Positions 39,417 to 52,800 of a stretch of DNA of 64,000 bases are shown here, one piece after another. The notes under the pieces are model-generated. The model was not told where the DNA came from. It did not search any database and saw only the letters and a list, made by a program, of their open reading frames with translations. How positions within the stretch are numbered: position 1 is the stretch's first letter; each line of letters begins with the position of its first letter. This stretch comes from Oikopleura dioica (Eukaryota; Animalia; Chordata): positions 7,564,001-7,628,000 of the forward strand of contig OU015567.1 in assembly GCA_907165135.1 (NCBI GenBank), in the 5' to 3' direction. The position numbers and the translations under genes are program-made.

Positions 39417-39860
39417 CTAATTGATGATGTTCCTTTTATTATTTTTTACCTGGTTGAGTTGTTTGATGACCGCGGTGACTTCTTCTTGCTCCGCCTTTTC
39501 GGATGATTTGGGCGCTCGAAACTTCTTCGAACTGGGTTTCAGATATTTATCTCCTTCGTCAGACTTGCGTGTTCGTTTTTGGGGCATAAAGGCTGTTTCT
39601 GGGCTCGCAAAAGAAAAGAATAAAAACTAAGGGTCTGGAAACCACACCTCTATCTCTTCAAGAATGAAAATGAAGGCAACAAAATCATTCGACGCCGCTG
39701 ATCTAGAAAAGATTGAGCAGTCGGCTCATTCTTTTTTCTTTGATGCTCGTTACTTGAAGTTTGATAGAGTTGAGAAAATCTGATGTTTCAATAGTCTTAG
39801 TTTTTTCTTGAGCCCAATTCTTAAAACATAGACGCTGAAGGCTAAAATTTAATCGAAATC
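39417..39860 (-). CDS. Possible hypothetical gene immediately upstream of PSMC5 (boundaries uncertain)
   Basis: Exon-like frame PETAFMPQKRTRKSDEGDKYLKPSSKKFRAPKSSEKAEQEEVTAVIKQLNQ with plausible splice sites; no recognisable family. Confidence 0.3.
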
Positions 39861-40200
39861 AATCTAAACGGACGAAATTAAAATTTGGTCATGTTTAAAA
39901 CAAATGACTCATAGTCGAATTAAAATTCCTAGAACGACTATCTGATAAGAAGAAAAATGAAGCTTTGCCTGAAGCGATAAATGTCTATAAATTTTCCTAC
40001 AATCAAAGAGACCAGTGTCTCAAAAAAACCGGCAGTTTCTACAGCAAATACCGATAATGACTAAGGTGTAAATAAGACGAGTAAGTTAGTGTTGGTTTCT
40101 GGTGACATATGGTTGGTCTTCCAGGGTGTGCACGTAACTCGACAGGGGATCTTGTAACTCTCGAAAAAGGGCAAAAATCTTTCTCAGCAATACGTTATGG

Positions 40201-40208
40201 CCACGTCA
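40201..40208 (-). promoter_or_regulatory. UPRE-like element (TGACGTGG) upstream of GRP94
   Basis: CCACGTCA lies about 180 bp before the HSP90B1 ATG; an ERSE-like ATTGG-N8-CCACG is at 40236-40253. Confidence 0.5.
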
Positions 40209-40385
40209 TGCTGTCCCCCTGAATGGCGCTATTTGATTGGCCCGTCTCCCACGGCGACGCAGCACATTCAAGCGATGAAAGTTTCCTTGCACCCTCTTGG
40301 ACTCACACGGAATCTGGCTATTGAAGCTACTGTGTCTCCCTCTTCTCTTTTTCCGGGTCCGTAGGTGCAAGAGAAACTAAACTAA

Positions 40386-43300
40386 ATGAAGCTCTATTTG
40401 GCCTTGGCCACTCTGGCCCTCTTCGGCACTGTTACCGCCCAAGAGGAAGCTGTTGCTGACGACTCTGTCAACTTCCACGACGATGCCACCGACGATGACG
40501 TCGCTGCCAAAGAAGACGAAGCCATCACCCTTGATGGCTTCAGCGCTGAGGAGCAGGCCGCGCTCCGAGAGTCCTCCGAAACCATGGCCTTCCAGGAATG
40601 TGTTTAACAGCCGTTTTTAATGTAGGCAACTTTTCACTAGTTATTTTAAGCAAAAACAAATCAATTTTCAATAGGGTCATTGGTAAAAACAAAGAGATGG
40701 CAATCTAAAAATTTTGCATATTCTCTTTGTTGAATTCAGCTTTGTTAAACTCGCGAAAAGGCTGAAGTCTCCCGAATGATGAAGCTTATTATCAACTCGC
40801 TCTACAAGAACAAAGACATTTTCCTTCGAGAACTTATCTCCAACGCTTCCGATGCCCTTGACAAGATCCGACTTATGTCTCTCACTGATCACGATGCTCT
40901 CTCTGCCACTGACGAGCTCTCCATCAAGATCAAGGTCGAGAAGGACGCCAATGTTATCCACATCACTGATACTGGTATTGGTATGACCCAGGAGCACCTC
41001 AAGAAGAACCTCGGTACCATCGCTAAGTCTGGTACTTCTGAATTCTTCGAGAAGATGTCCAACTCCGGAAACGAAGACTCTGCTTCTGATCTTATCGGTC
41101 AGTTCGGTGTCGGCTTCTACTCCGCTTTCCTCGTTGCCGACAAGGTCGTCGTCACCTCTAAGCACAACGAAGATGACCAGTACGTCTGGGAATCCGACTC
41201 TCTTGAATTCTCCATCGCCAAGGATCCCCGAGGAAACACTCTTCCACGAGGTACCACTGTCTCGCTCTACTTGAAGGAAGAAGCTGGCGATTACCTTCAG
41301 CATCAGTCTGTCAAGGAACTCATCCAGAAATACTCTCAGTTCATCAACTTCCCAATCTACCTCTGGGGATCCAAGCAGGTCGAGGAAGAAGTCCCAGTCG
41401 AAGAAGAAGCCGATGAGGAAGTCAGCGCTGACGAAGATGAAGAAGGCAAGGTCGAGGAAGAATCCGACGAAGAAAAGCCAAAGACTCAGAAGGTTACCAA
41501 GACCGTCTACGACTGGGAACTCATCAACTCCACCAAACCCATCTGGCAGCGAAAGACCGCCGAGATCGATGAGGAGGAATACGAAAAATTCTACGCCGCT
41601 ATTGCCAAGGTAAGCGCGGTGATAAAAACGGCTAGGGATTAGATTTACCCTTTCAGGACAACACCAAGCCAATGACTTACACTCACTTCTCCGCCGAAGG
41701 TGAAGTCTCCTTTAAAGCCATCCTCTTTGTTCCCAAGCAAGCCGAACGAGACATGTTCAACGACTACGGCCAGAAGAAGGGCGATAACATCAAGGTTATT
41801 CACGTTTACGCTTTAGGATCAAAATGCCAAATCGATTGCCAGAGCCCATTTTCACGCCGAAGGAGAAGTTTCCTTCAAAGCGATGCTTTTCATTCCTGAA
41901 ATAAGCATTTATGAACACAACGCTCGAAAATACCAAGATAAAATCAAGGTTCCAGCTAGTTTGATTGTAAATTAGACCTTTGCGCCGGTATTAGCATAGA
42001 AAATTTTTATGGCATTGCAAATGGCACCTTAGTGTTTAATTTAATGTTAAATATTGACTCACGTTTGCTTCGTTAGATGTACGTCCGACGTGTCTTTATC
42101 ACCGATGACTTCACTGACATGATGCCAAAATACCTCCAGTTCATCCGAGGTGTTGTTGATTCCGATGATCTTCCATTGAACGTTTCTCGTGAAACCCTCC
42201 AGCAGCACAAGCTCCTCAAGGTCATCAAGAAGAAGCTTGTCCGAAAGGCTCTTGATATGATCAAGAAGATCGATGTCGATGAATACACCGAAACCTTCTG
42301 GAAGCAATACTCCACCAAGTATGAATAATTCATAATTTCATAACCTTATTCATTTTCCCAGCGTCAAACTCGGTGTCATCGAAGATAACTCCAACCGAAC
42401 CCGACTCGCCAAGCTCCTCCGATTCCGAACTTCTAAGGACGACGGTGCAGGATGGCACTCACTTGAAGAATATGTTGAGCGAATGAAGGAGAACCAGGAG
42501 AAAATCTTCTTCTGTGCCGGTACCTCTTTGAAGGATGTCCAGGTATAACTCTCAATTAAATTATCACTCGCTAAACCATTCATTCCAGAGCTCCATCTTC
42601 ACCGAGCGACTCATCAAGAAGGGTTACGAAATCATCTACCTCGTCGAGCCCGTCGATGAGTACACTATCCAAGCTCTTCCAGAATTCGACGGCAAGCGAT
42701 TCCAGAACGTGGCCAAGGAAGGTGTCGACATCGATGTCAACAAGAGCTTCCTCGAGCGAATGGAGAAGAAGTACGAGCCACTCCTTGACTGGCTCAAGTC
42801 AAAGGCCCTCTTCAACAAGATCGAGAAGGTGATACTCAACAATTTGTAAACATAGATAACAAGGTTGCTTTAGGCTATTATCTCCCCCTCTCTCGAATCT
42901 TCGCCAGCTGCCCTCGTCGCTTCCCAGTACGGCTGGTCCGGAAACATGGAGCGAATCATGAAGGCTCAGGCTTACCAGACTGGCAACGACGCTTCCTCCG
43001 AGTTCTACGCCAACCAGAAGAAAATCTTCGCCATCAACCCCCGACATCCTCTTTCCAACGTAATATTCATTCAATCTTTTTGTGTTCTAACTTTCAATAT
43101 TTAGACTCTTCTCGAGCGAGTTGAAGCTGATGATCAAGACGCCGCGGCAGAGGAGATCGCCAAGCTTCTCTTCGACCAGGCCGCTCTCCGATCTGGCTAC
43201 ACTCTCAAGGACCCAACTGACTTCGCTGACCGAATCATGAACATCATGTACGCCAACTTGGACATCGACCCTGAGACTCCAGTAAGTTTATTTCGAGATA

Positions 43301-43474
43301 ATCATGAAATATGATGAAAATTGACCCAGCAACTTTTTTAAAAAATAATTTCAGGTCGAGGAAGAACCCACCGCTGGCGACTGGGATGATGAAGAAGACG
43401 AAGAGGAACTCGAGGCCGAGGAAGAGGTCGATGCCTCGTACGAAGCTGATGAGGAGGTCCATGAAGAGCTCTAA
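40386..43474 (+). CDS. HSP90B1: Endoplasmin / GRP94 (ER Hsp90)
   Basis: Signal peptide [14 protein letters not shown]; FQ|[37 protein letters not shown]; [10 protein letters not shown]; LYVRRVFI-like [11 protein letters not shown]; C-terminal ER-retention variant HEEL*. Confidence 0.97.
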
Positions 43475-43840
43475 ACAGCGAAATGTGCAATAATTCTCGT
43501 CTAGAACCTTAAACCTTACGTTATTAGAGACATTACTATCAGTTACAGCCTAACCATCCTATAGCTTCACAGTTCACCTTCCCATGCTTTATTTAATATT
43601 ATTTTCTTATGTTTAATTCTGCTACTTCCGAGGCTAGGGATGGTGCAAGACTTATTTGTTCCAAAGTGCAATCCTGAACACGACTAAAGCTACTACCTTT
43701 AGTGAAAACAATTTGTAAAACTTGATCTTCAAAATCTTTGTTATTTTTTCTTTATCTGACATTTACTTTACTTTATCGAATTGAGAATAAATAACAAAAA
43801 CGCCGAATGTCTTTGGATTGTTTTGAATTCTTGCAGGGAT

Positions 43841-46800
43841 ATGCAGGATGAAAGATTGTTAAAAACTCCGCGTATAATTTCTAAATGAGCTTAGATTGTG
43901 AGCTTTCCAAAAAAGGGAAATGTCTTGATGGTGGTAACCGAAATCGAAGAAAAATGCGTCCGTGGGGGCGAAATCCAGCTCCCATGGAAGCGTTTAGAAA
44001 AAGTAGCAAAGGGAAATCCCCTGCTCTCGAAAATGGGATGGACAAAAGAAAACAGAAAGGAAATTCGTAAGGTTCTTCAAAAGCTGCCTTTGCCCAAACT
44101 TGTCCGCCTCTTTTCTTCTCAATGTAAGACAGTCCAAGAAAATTTAAATGAATTCATCTCTGTATTATCATCCTAATGCATATAACTCTAGGTGCCATTA
44201 CCTCGCTGCTGAAAGTTGATGCCTTCCAATTGGCAATAGAGTGTTTCCGCCAAGGCCTGCCTTACAACCTAGAAATCGAGTTCAGTCCCTCTCGAAATTT
44301 GAATCCGCCTTCCAGTAAGAAACAGAAGCTCTCCTCAAACGCTGACCTTGACTTTCTCTTTCTCCTTCGCGAGCTATATCTCCGCCACTCTCCCCTATGG
44401 GCGGAACTGCTCGATTCTTACTCTGGCGAGCTGAATGAATCGCTCATTCGCTGGATCTTTGGACTGCGCTGCGGAAAAATCACTTTGGACTATACTCAAC
44501 CCTTTTTTCACGCCGCAAAACGTGCACTCAATCCTTCCTCTGAAAGTTCCACATTTCTTCTGCCAGAGCCCGAAAGAAAGAATTTGACGAAAAAGACTCT
44601 TTTGGCTTCCGAATTTCAATCCGAAACCGGCTTCGTTTCTATCTGTGGTATCCCCATCCGTTCTGGCTCTTTTCATTCTCCTGAGCAGCCATTGAGCAAA
44701 TCGCCTTTGATAATCGAAAAGTTGCGAGAAGTTTCAATTGGAATCTACCACAAGTTACCCGTCTTGCTTGTAGGAGGAGTTGGAACTGGAAAGACACATT
44801 TGGTAAATACGATCGCGCAGCAGACACAAAAAGAGCTACTTTCTTATCAGCTGAGTCCGGAAACTGATGCCGCCTCGCTTATCGGCGGGTACATTCAAGC
44901 CAGCGACGGGCAGTTCAAGTGGCGCCCGGGCCCTCTCGCTCTCGCCGCCTCTGAAGGGAAATGGATACTTTTGGAAGACGTGGACCAGGCGGGTGGCGAC
45001 TGTTTCACGTTGATAGCCCAGCTGATTGAGCGCAACGTCCTCGCAGTTGCTGGCCACGGTCGGCCGATCGTGCCCCACGGCGAGTTCTGTCTCTTTTTGA
45101 CCCAACGCGCTAGCTCGCTAAACTCCTCTGGCCCGTGCAGTTCCTTGTACGTCAAGTGCCATCTCGTCTCTCTTCCAGAACACACGAAACAGTCCCTCGA
45201 GCAAATTGTCAAAGCACACTTTCCAGAACTGTTGCCCCAAATCCTCTCCCTTCCTGTTCAAATCCTCAATGCTGTCGAAGCTGCTTCAAATGGACAAATT
45301 CTAAACAGGCGACTTGGAGTCCGCGATTGTCTTTCCTTCGCCAGGCGACTGTCAAAAGCTCGTTCTAGTGCTGCTTCTGGTAGCACTCAAGTTGCTCACG
45401 CGCTACTCGACGCGATCGACATTTTCGCCGCACATCTTCATAAAAGAGAAGAAAAAACGCTTTTCTATCGGCGAATTTCGGATGTTCTTTCGGCGAACAA
45501 AGAAACCCTTCGCGCTCTTCAAAATGATACCCTTTCGCATGATCCGGTGGAATTTCTGCTTGATAAATATAGACCAGAATTAGCGGAAGAAAATGGATTA
45601 ATCGCTGGAAGGGCGAAAATAGGTGAGAAACAGTGGGATATTTACGAATGAAAATGAATAAAAAATATTAAGGCGTGAGCGGAGAACTTGACCAGAAACA
45701 ACTAAAGCGCTCTGGGATGGTTCCAACGATGATCCACTCTCGGATTATCGAGCAAGCAGTCTTGGCAATCAACAATCGAGAGCCAGTTCTTCTGGTCGGC
45801 GAAACAGGAACCGGCAAAACAAGTTGCATACAGTACATCGCTGCGCGAACAGGCAACAATCTCCGAGTAGTGAACATGTCTCGTCAATCGCAAGCTTCGG
45901 ACCTTATCGGCTCTTTCCGCCCAGTAGACGCTTCCGCAATCATGCGACCCGTATTCGCTCGTTTCCATCAACTGATGAGTAACACCTATCCACAGAACGA
46001 AGCTGTTCTTTCTCAACTGGGCGTCGCCTTCAAAAGAAACCAGTTCGAAGACGTGCTTCTTCCAATGATGAAACATGTTTCTACCAAAGCCGCTGGGGAA
46101 GATACTCAACTGAGCGCGGCGGCGAGAAGCGACTGGAGCAAATTCGCAGCATTGTTAGAAGATGCCGATGTGCGGATACGAAACAAGCAAATTTCCTTCG
46201 CTTTTGTCGAGGGCGAACTCGTTCAAGCCGTCAGAAACGGCGACTGGCTTCTTTTCGATGAAATCAATCTCGCCCCAGCCGAGCTGCTCGAGTCAATCTC
46301 TGGACTGCTTGATTCAGGCTCTCTTTCAATTGCGGATATTTCTGAGCCCGTGATAACTCATCCAAACTTCCGAATCTTTGGGTCAATGAATCCAGCTAAC
46401 GATTACGCAAAAAAAGACCTGCCGGACTCACTGCGAAACCGATTCACTGAACTGTACGTTCCAGAAGCAAACAGCGAGCAGGACATCTCCCAAATCGTCG
46501 TTCACTATCTCCCTGGTCTACGCGACAAAGCAGCCATTCGAAACAACCTCGTTAAGTTCTATTTAAAAATACGCAACGAAAAGAGCATCCGGGACATGAG
46601 CGGCAAGGCAACAACGTTTTCTCTACGAACCCTTTCCCGCTGCTTGCAATGCGCGAGGGACGCTTTCGGAGCAACTCCAAGTGGCATTTTTCAAGCGTTA
46701 CAGTTGGCCTTCGTCTCGGGCCTGGACGACTCCTCCACGAAGCTGGTAGAAGCAATGATTGAAAAATACAAATTCAAAAGTTCAAAATCGAGATTAGTTC

Positions 46801-49800
46801 AACCGGACCCAGGCGTACCTCACGTCACAATCAAAAACTATCACATCTACCGAGGGGACGAAGCAGAGCTTTTCGTGGATAAGAAATTCATCATTACAGA
46901 GACTGTCGATCAAAATTTGAGAAACTTGAGTCGCGCCATTTCAGCGCGCAATTATCCAATTCTGATTCAAGGTGAAACCTCAACAGGCAAAACCTCGCTG
47001 ATCAGCTACTTGGCAAAAGCTTCCGGCAACAAACTGATTCGAATTAATAATCATGAACACACTGACTTACAGGAATATGTTGGCTCTTACTTACCTAAGT
47101 CCGACGGTTCACTCGTCTTCTCTCACGGGGCTCTAGTCAAAGCGATGCGAAATGGGTGGTGGCTCTTGCTCGATGAGCTCAACCTGGCGCCGGCAGATGT
47201 TCTCGAAGCTCTGAACCGAGTTCTGGATGACAACCGCGAGCTCTTCATTCCCGAAACAGGAGAAGTAATCAAAGCACATCCTCGCTTCCAACTCTTCGGA
47301 GCCCAGAATCCAGCGGGCGTCTATGGTGGAAGAAAACAACTTTCGCGCGCATTCACAAACAGATTCGTTCAAATGGAATTCTCTGAACTGCCCAACAACG
47401 AACTCGAAGTCATCGTCGCCGAAAAGTGCGACCTTCCGCTCTCAAAGTCCAAATTACTGGTCGAAGCTGTTTCTGAGCTTCGAAAGTTGAGAAGAGATTC
47501 TGATGTTTTTGGCGGCAAGAATTCGTATGCAACGTTGCGAGATCTCTTCCGATGGGCGGACAGGTACTCGAAAGAGAAAGAAATGGAATATAACGACTGG
47601 GATCTGCACTTGGCTCTTGACGGTTACTTTCTCCTCGGAGGACGTTGCAGAAGCAAAATTGAATCAGAAAAAGTAAAGGAGGTTTTGGAACGCGTCTTCC
47701 GCCGAAAATTAGGAACGGACGATGAAATTTTCTCACAAAATCGACTTGAAGGGGATGGAATCATCGAACGAACGAGACAAAACGCGGCCCAAGAAAAAGT
47801 TCTAAAACGATTTTACTGGGGCGAGAAGTCGCGACGGATGGCTATTTTGCTTGAGAGATGTCTCAAATTCAATGAGCCTATTCTGCTCGTCGGGCCAACC
47901 GGTTGTGGAAAAACAACGATTGTCCAGTTGCTCTCACCACAAGGGTTAAGCATTATGAACTGTCACCAGCAAACTGAAGCTAGCGATTTTCTTGGCGGGT
48001 TGAGACCCGTTCGTGAAAAAGATTTCACCGACACAGCCTCGAAAGCGCTTTTCAAGTGGAGCGATGGACCGCTCGTTGAATCGATGAAAAATGGAAGCGT
48101 TCTCCTCGTTGACGAGATTTCACTGGCGGACGACTCAGTTCTCGAACGATTGAACTCAGTATTGGAGAGAGAAAGGACTCTCGTTTTGGCAGAAAAAGGG
48201 ATTGTCGACGTTGCCGACAAGGATTCTGCCTTGGATGTCTTAACAGCAAGTGCGGGTTTCCAGTTCGTTGGGACGATGAATCCAGGCGGTGATTATGGAA
48301 AGAAAGAACTTTCGCCCGCGTTGAGAAATCGAATGACAGAGATCTGGTGCGAACCACCGGATACGGAAGAAGAGTTTGCTCGAATCATCCAAAACGCGCT
48401 AAAAAGAAAAGCAACGGCGAAGAAGATCTCAGCCGCGATTTGGGAATTTGTCCAAATTCTCAAACAAGATTCGACGGTCGGACAACAAGTGGTCTTCTCT
48501 GTTCGAGATGCGTTGGCCTACGCGGAGTTTATCAATGCGATGGTGGAACGGGTCGATAACGAGCGGCATTCTTTTGGAGAAATCTTCTTCGACGCTTGCA
48601 GAGCTGTGCACTTGGACTCGATCGGATGTTCCGGCTTCGATCTTGCTGTTGATCAAGTCGAAAGTGTGAAAATGAGGCTGGAAAGAAAACTTTCCGAAAT
48701 CATAGGGAAGTATTTTGAAGACGGAACTTCAAGCGAATCAGTTTTAGTTTTCAACGAGCCGCAATGTCTTCGCGGCTTGATTCCAGTGGCGCCGGGCCCA
48801 ATTGAACCCAAACATCCCAATTTCATTCGAACTTCGTCCGTTGCTGCGTCGACAACCAGAATCGGCCGCGCTCTTCTCCTTCCTCGCCCGATTCTCCTTG
48901 AAGGATCGCCAGGCGTCGGAAAAACATCAATTGTTGCGAGTTTAGCTTCAATGTGCGGCTATCAAGTGACCCGTATTAATTTGTCGGAGCAAACGGATGT
49001 ATCCGACCTTTTTGGCGCTGATTTGCCGGTCGAAGGTGGTCAGGGAGGTCAGTTTGAATGGAAAGATGGGCCGCTGCTGATTGCTCTCAAGTACGGACAC
49101 TGGGTGATCTTGGACGAGTTGAATCTCGCTTCTCAACCGGTCTTGGAGGGTCTGAACTCGGTTTTTGATCATCGAGGGGAACTATTTGTGCCTGAACTCA
49201 ACAAAACTTTCCAAATATCTGGTAAAGGTTGTCGCTTCTTCGCCTGTCAAAATCCCCGAGTACAAGGCGGAGGACGAAAAGGACTACCAAAATCATTTGT
49301 GAATCGCTTCACAAGAGTTTACTGCAACGAGCTCACTTGGCTGGACTTAGTAAACATCGTCTATGCCACTGGTCCAGATGTTTGCCCTGCTGGTATGAAG
49401 CTCGACCATTTCGACAAAGAATTTCTCGACAAATTCCGTGAAGAAATTGAAGCTGTTGAGTTATCTCGCACACTCGCTTTGAATCCGGTTCAAAATGCTC
49501 CAACTTACCGAGATGCAAAAGCCACGAGAGCAATGCTTATCGCCATCGTCCACGCTAATAACGAAGCTTGCAAGTATTTGGAATACACTTCGCTCCGTGC
49601 AGAGCTCAATCTCCGAGACATAAGAAGATTCGTCGAATTACTCGGCTCTGGAATAAGTTTGGAAAGAGCGTTTAATCTCATTTACATTTCGAGGCTTAGA
49701 AATAAAGCAGACGCAAAAATGTTAGAAGATATCTTTGAAAAATGGCTGTCTTTACCTGAACTTGAGAGTCAAGATCGTCTCTCCCCATCTACCGTTACTA

Positions 49801-52800
49801 AAGACATAAAAGAATATGAAGAAACGAGCGCAGATTCTGTCCGATTCGGAGTCTCGGAAAATCATGTTCGATACGCGCGCCGTCAAGTTACGTCTCTTCC
49901 ACCGCCGGTGCTGAATTTAACCGAACGAAAAGTGCTGGAAGACATTTTACTGGCGACTCAACATGGGTGGATGGTCCAGCTCGTCGGAGAAGCTGGAAGC
50001 GGAAAAAGTACCTTGGTCCAACTAGCAGCCGATCTAACTCGTCAGCGACTGCGACTAATGTCTCTTTCACCGGCGACGGATGTGACTGATTTACTTGGCG
50101 CTTTTGAACAATATAATTTCGAAGAAACATACGAAAGTGCATTTGATATCTTCCGCGGAAAAGTCCGAGACTTGCTCAACATCAACGAAAATTCGAATTC
50201 AATTCATGAAGAGTCAATCCTCGAATTGATGAAGCTCCTTGATGAAAAAACGGAAAACGCAGCAAATGTTCTTTCAAGAATCGAGTCAATACTGAAACGC
50301 AGCATTTCCAAAAACGAGCAACTTCGAACATCAATCGAAAGATTAAGAAGTCTACTGAAAGATCAGCGCCATTCCGATCGAGGTAGTTTCCGATGGGTGG
50401 ACTCTGACCTTGTCAAAGCGGTCGAACAAGGCGACTGGCTGGTGCTTGACAACGCGAACCAGGCTTCAGACGCGCTGCTGGACAGACTGAACTCCCTTCT
50501 AGAACCCGACGGTACTTTATCGATCATCGAGCGAGGAAACGTCAATGGCAAAATCGTGACTATCCGTCCTCATCCCGAGTTCCGACTCTTCATACTTGTC
50601 GACCCATTTTACGGCGAACTCTCTCGTCCGCTACGAAACCGGGGTGTCGAAATTTTCATGCACGAGCGCCAACCTTTCGAGCACCTTTCTATCGGAGCCA
50701 CTCACTGCCGAGATCAAGAAATTGCCAAGTCACTTTATCAATCACTTTCAAGTGATAGTCGAACTCACAAAAAATTCGCCGGCATCTTTTTCAGCGGTTG
50801 TCGTCGCTATTCCATCGAGCGCGCTTGCGCAAGCTCAGAAAAAAATGCCTTCAACTCAGCTCTTCAACATTGCCTTCTTCTTCTCAAACGCTCGAGCGAA
50901 ACTTCCAGTGTCGAAGCTGTTTCAGTAAATCTTCCGATTGTTGCTCCCGCGGCGCCTGCTTCCCTACTCGAATCGATTCCTTCGCTCTTCAAAGCTCTAG
51001 AATGGCACATTGTCACGGAGATCGCACCACAATTCGAGCAGCAACTTGAAATTCCTCGATACAAGGAGCGCTTCAGTTTTAAACAAATCGTCTCTCGTGA
51101 GCTAATGCAACTGATGAGGAAGGAAGAGATCTTCAGCGCGTTTATTGGGTCCAGCGAGTTCTCGAACCGGGAAGAGAAAAGAGCAGAAATACTGGAAAAA
51201 GCGAGTAGTTGGACATTCTGCAGTGATCTTCAAGGTTTTATAACTACCCGTTTCGCGGACTGGATGAACAACGACCCCGTGGAAATCGACAGAAAACATA
51301 ATTTCAAGAGCGGAACTTTACTGGGAGCACTGCGGGAACGAGGCGACAAAGCACGAATAGGATTGATGAGTCCAGTAATCGGAACTGTTCTTGGACTGTT
51401 TACCAAGCAGTTTCTCTTTGAGAATGAGACGAAACTGATAACTCTCTACTACTTTATTTATTTAATTCGAAGAGTAACACCTGAGGATCTTTCGCTTGCG
51501 CCTTTCTTCGCAAGATGGCTCCTCCAACTTTTAGAACAGTATGATGCAGAGTTGGACAGCGAAGAATTCAAGCTTATTCGAACAGAGATTGTCACGTTGA
51601 AAGCCTTTATTTCCAGCGACCGTTTCATAACAAGCGATGTTTTGGAGTCTCCCACTTTGAATTCGGTCTCTCCTTTCAAAAGCCAACTAGAATTCGACGA
51701 ATTAGTCAAGTTATCCAGCATCGTTGAAGCTCTCAACGACGAACCAAGTAAATTTGTCGCATCAAGAAGCCTGATACAACTTTTATCCATTCTCGAACAT
51801 GGGATTCCTGGAGAAATGATCAGCGACATCGGGAAAATTGCCATCGAAGAGCCCGAAAATGTCGATAATTGTTCTATTCATCCCTTTTTGTTTTATCTTC
51901 ACGTTTTTCATTTGGAGAAAAAATTAATCGCAAGGATTCGAATGCGCGAATACCCGGCCAACTTCTCGCCAACCTTGCTTACATTTCACAGTCGATCGAG
52001 TCTTCCTACATCCCTTCGGATGTGTCTATCATGGCCTACATTTGTTCAAATCCGGAGATGTTGAACTACCAGGCAAAAGGCCAGCTGGGATTCAAATGTT
52101 TCGCAGACAGTATTTTCGGTAACGAAGTTGAATGGAAGTCAAACCGATTTGGGCTGCTGACTCTCGTTCCTATCGGCCATTACGAACAATTCAGGGAACG
52201 ATTCAAGCTCACTTCCGCCCGTGCTTGGCGAAACATGACATTCGCTGAGCCAAAATCATCTAGCGAATTAACTGGTGAGCTGAACTCGATTTTGAATGCG
52301 CTTGCGCCTCTACGAGCAATGCCCACGATTGATCCAGTCATAGAAGCTAATTTCAAACACTCGTCAAGTCAAGCAATGGCTGCCTATCTCGAAGATCTGA
52401 AGCAGGCGCTCACATTCATCAAACACAATACTGGTCTTGTCTTCGAAAGCAGAACACTCCAAATTCAGAAACAGAGCGACGATCTGAACGAAAACCAACT
52501 TAAAGTACTCGCGTCCAAAGTGGGTATCAGAGCTGCCCACGATGAGTATCTCCAACTGCGGCAAGTGGTTGTCGACTTCATCGACCACACTGTGATTCCA
52601 ACTATGGAGGATAATTCAGGCAACAGCGTCAATGAAAATTTAATCTTGTCTTGTTCCGGCTTCTTGAGCATTTTGCATCGATTTGTTTGGTATCCAGACA
52701 TTGTTGTTCCCATTTCGAATCTAGTCACCAGCTTGGTTTATGTAGCAAAGCAAATCATCGCGAAACAGCTTGCAACTGTATCCTCGTCTGAGGAAAAAGA

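Noticed and set aside
40677-41672. 331-aa antisense ORF over HSP90B1 (plus similar shadow ORFs over PSMC5, MDN1 and pol)
   Set aside because: Reverse-frame shadows of biased codon usage in conserved genes; no independent motifs.
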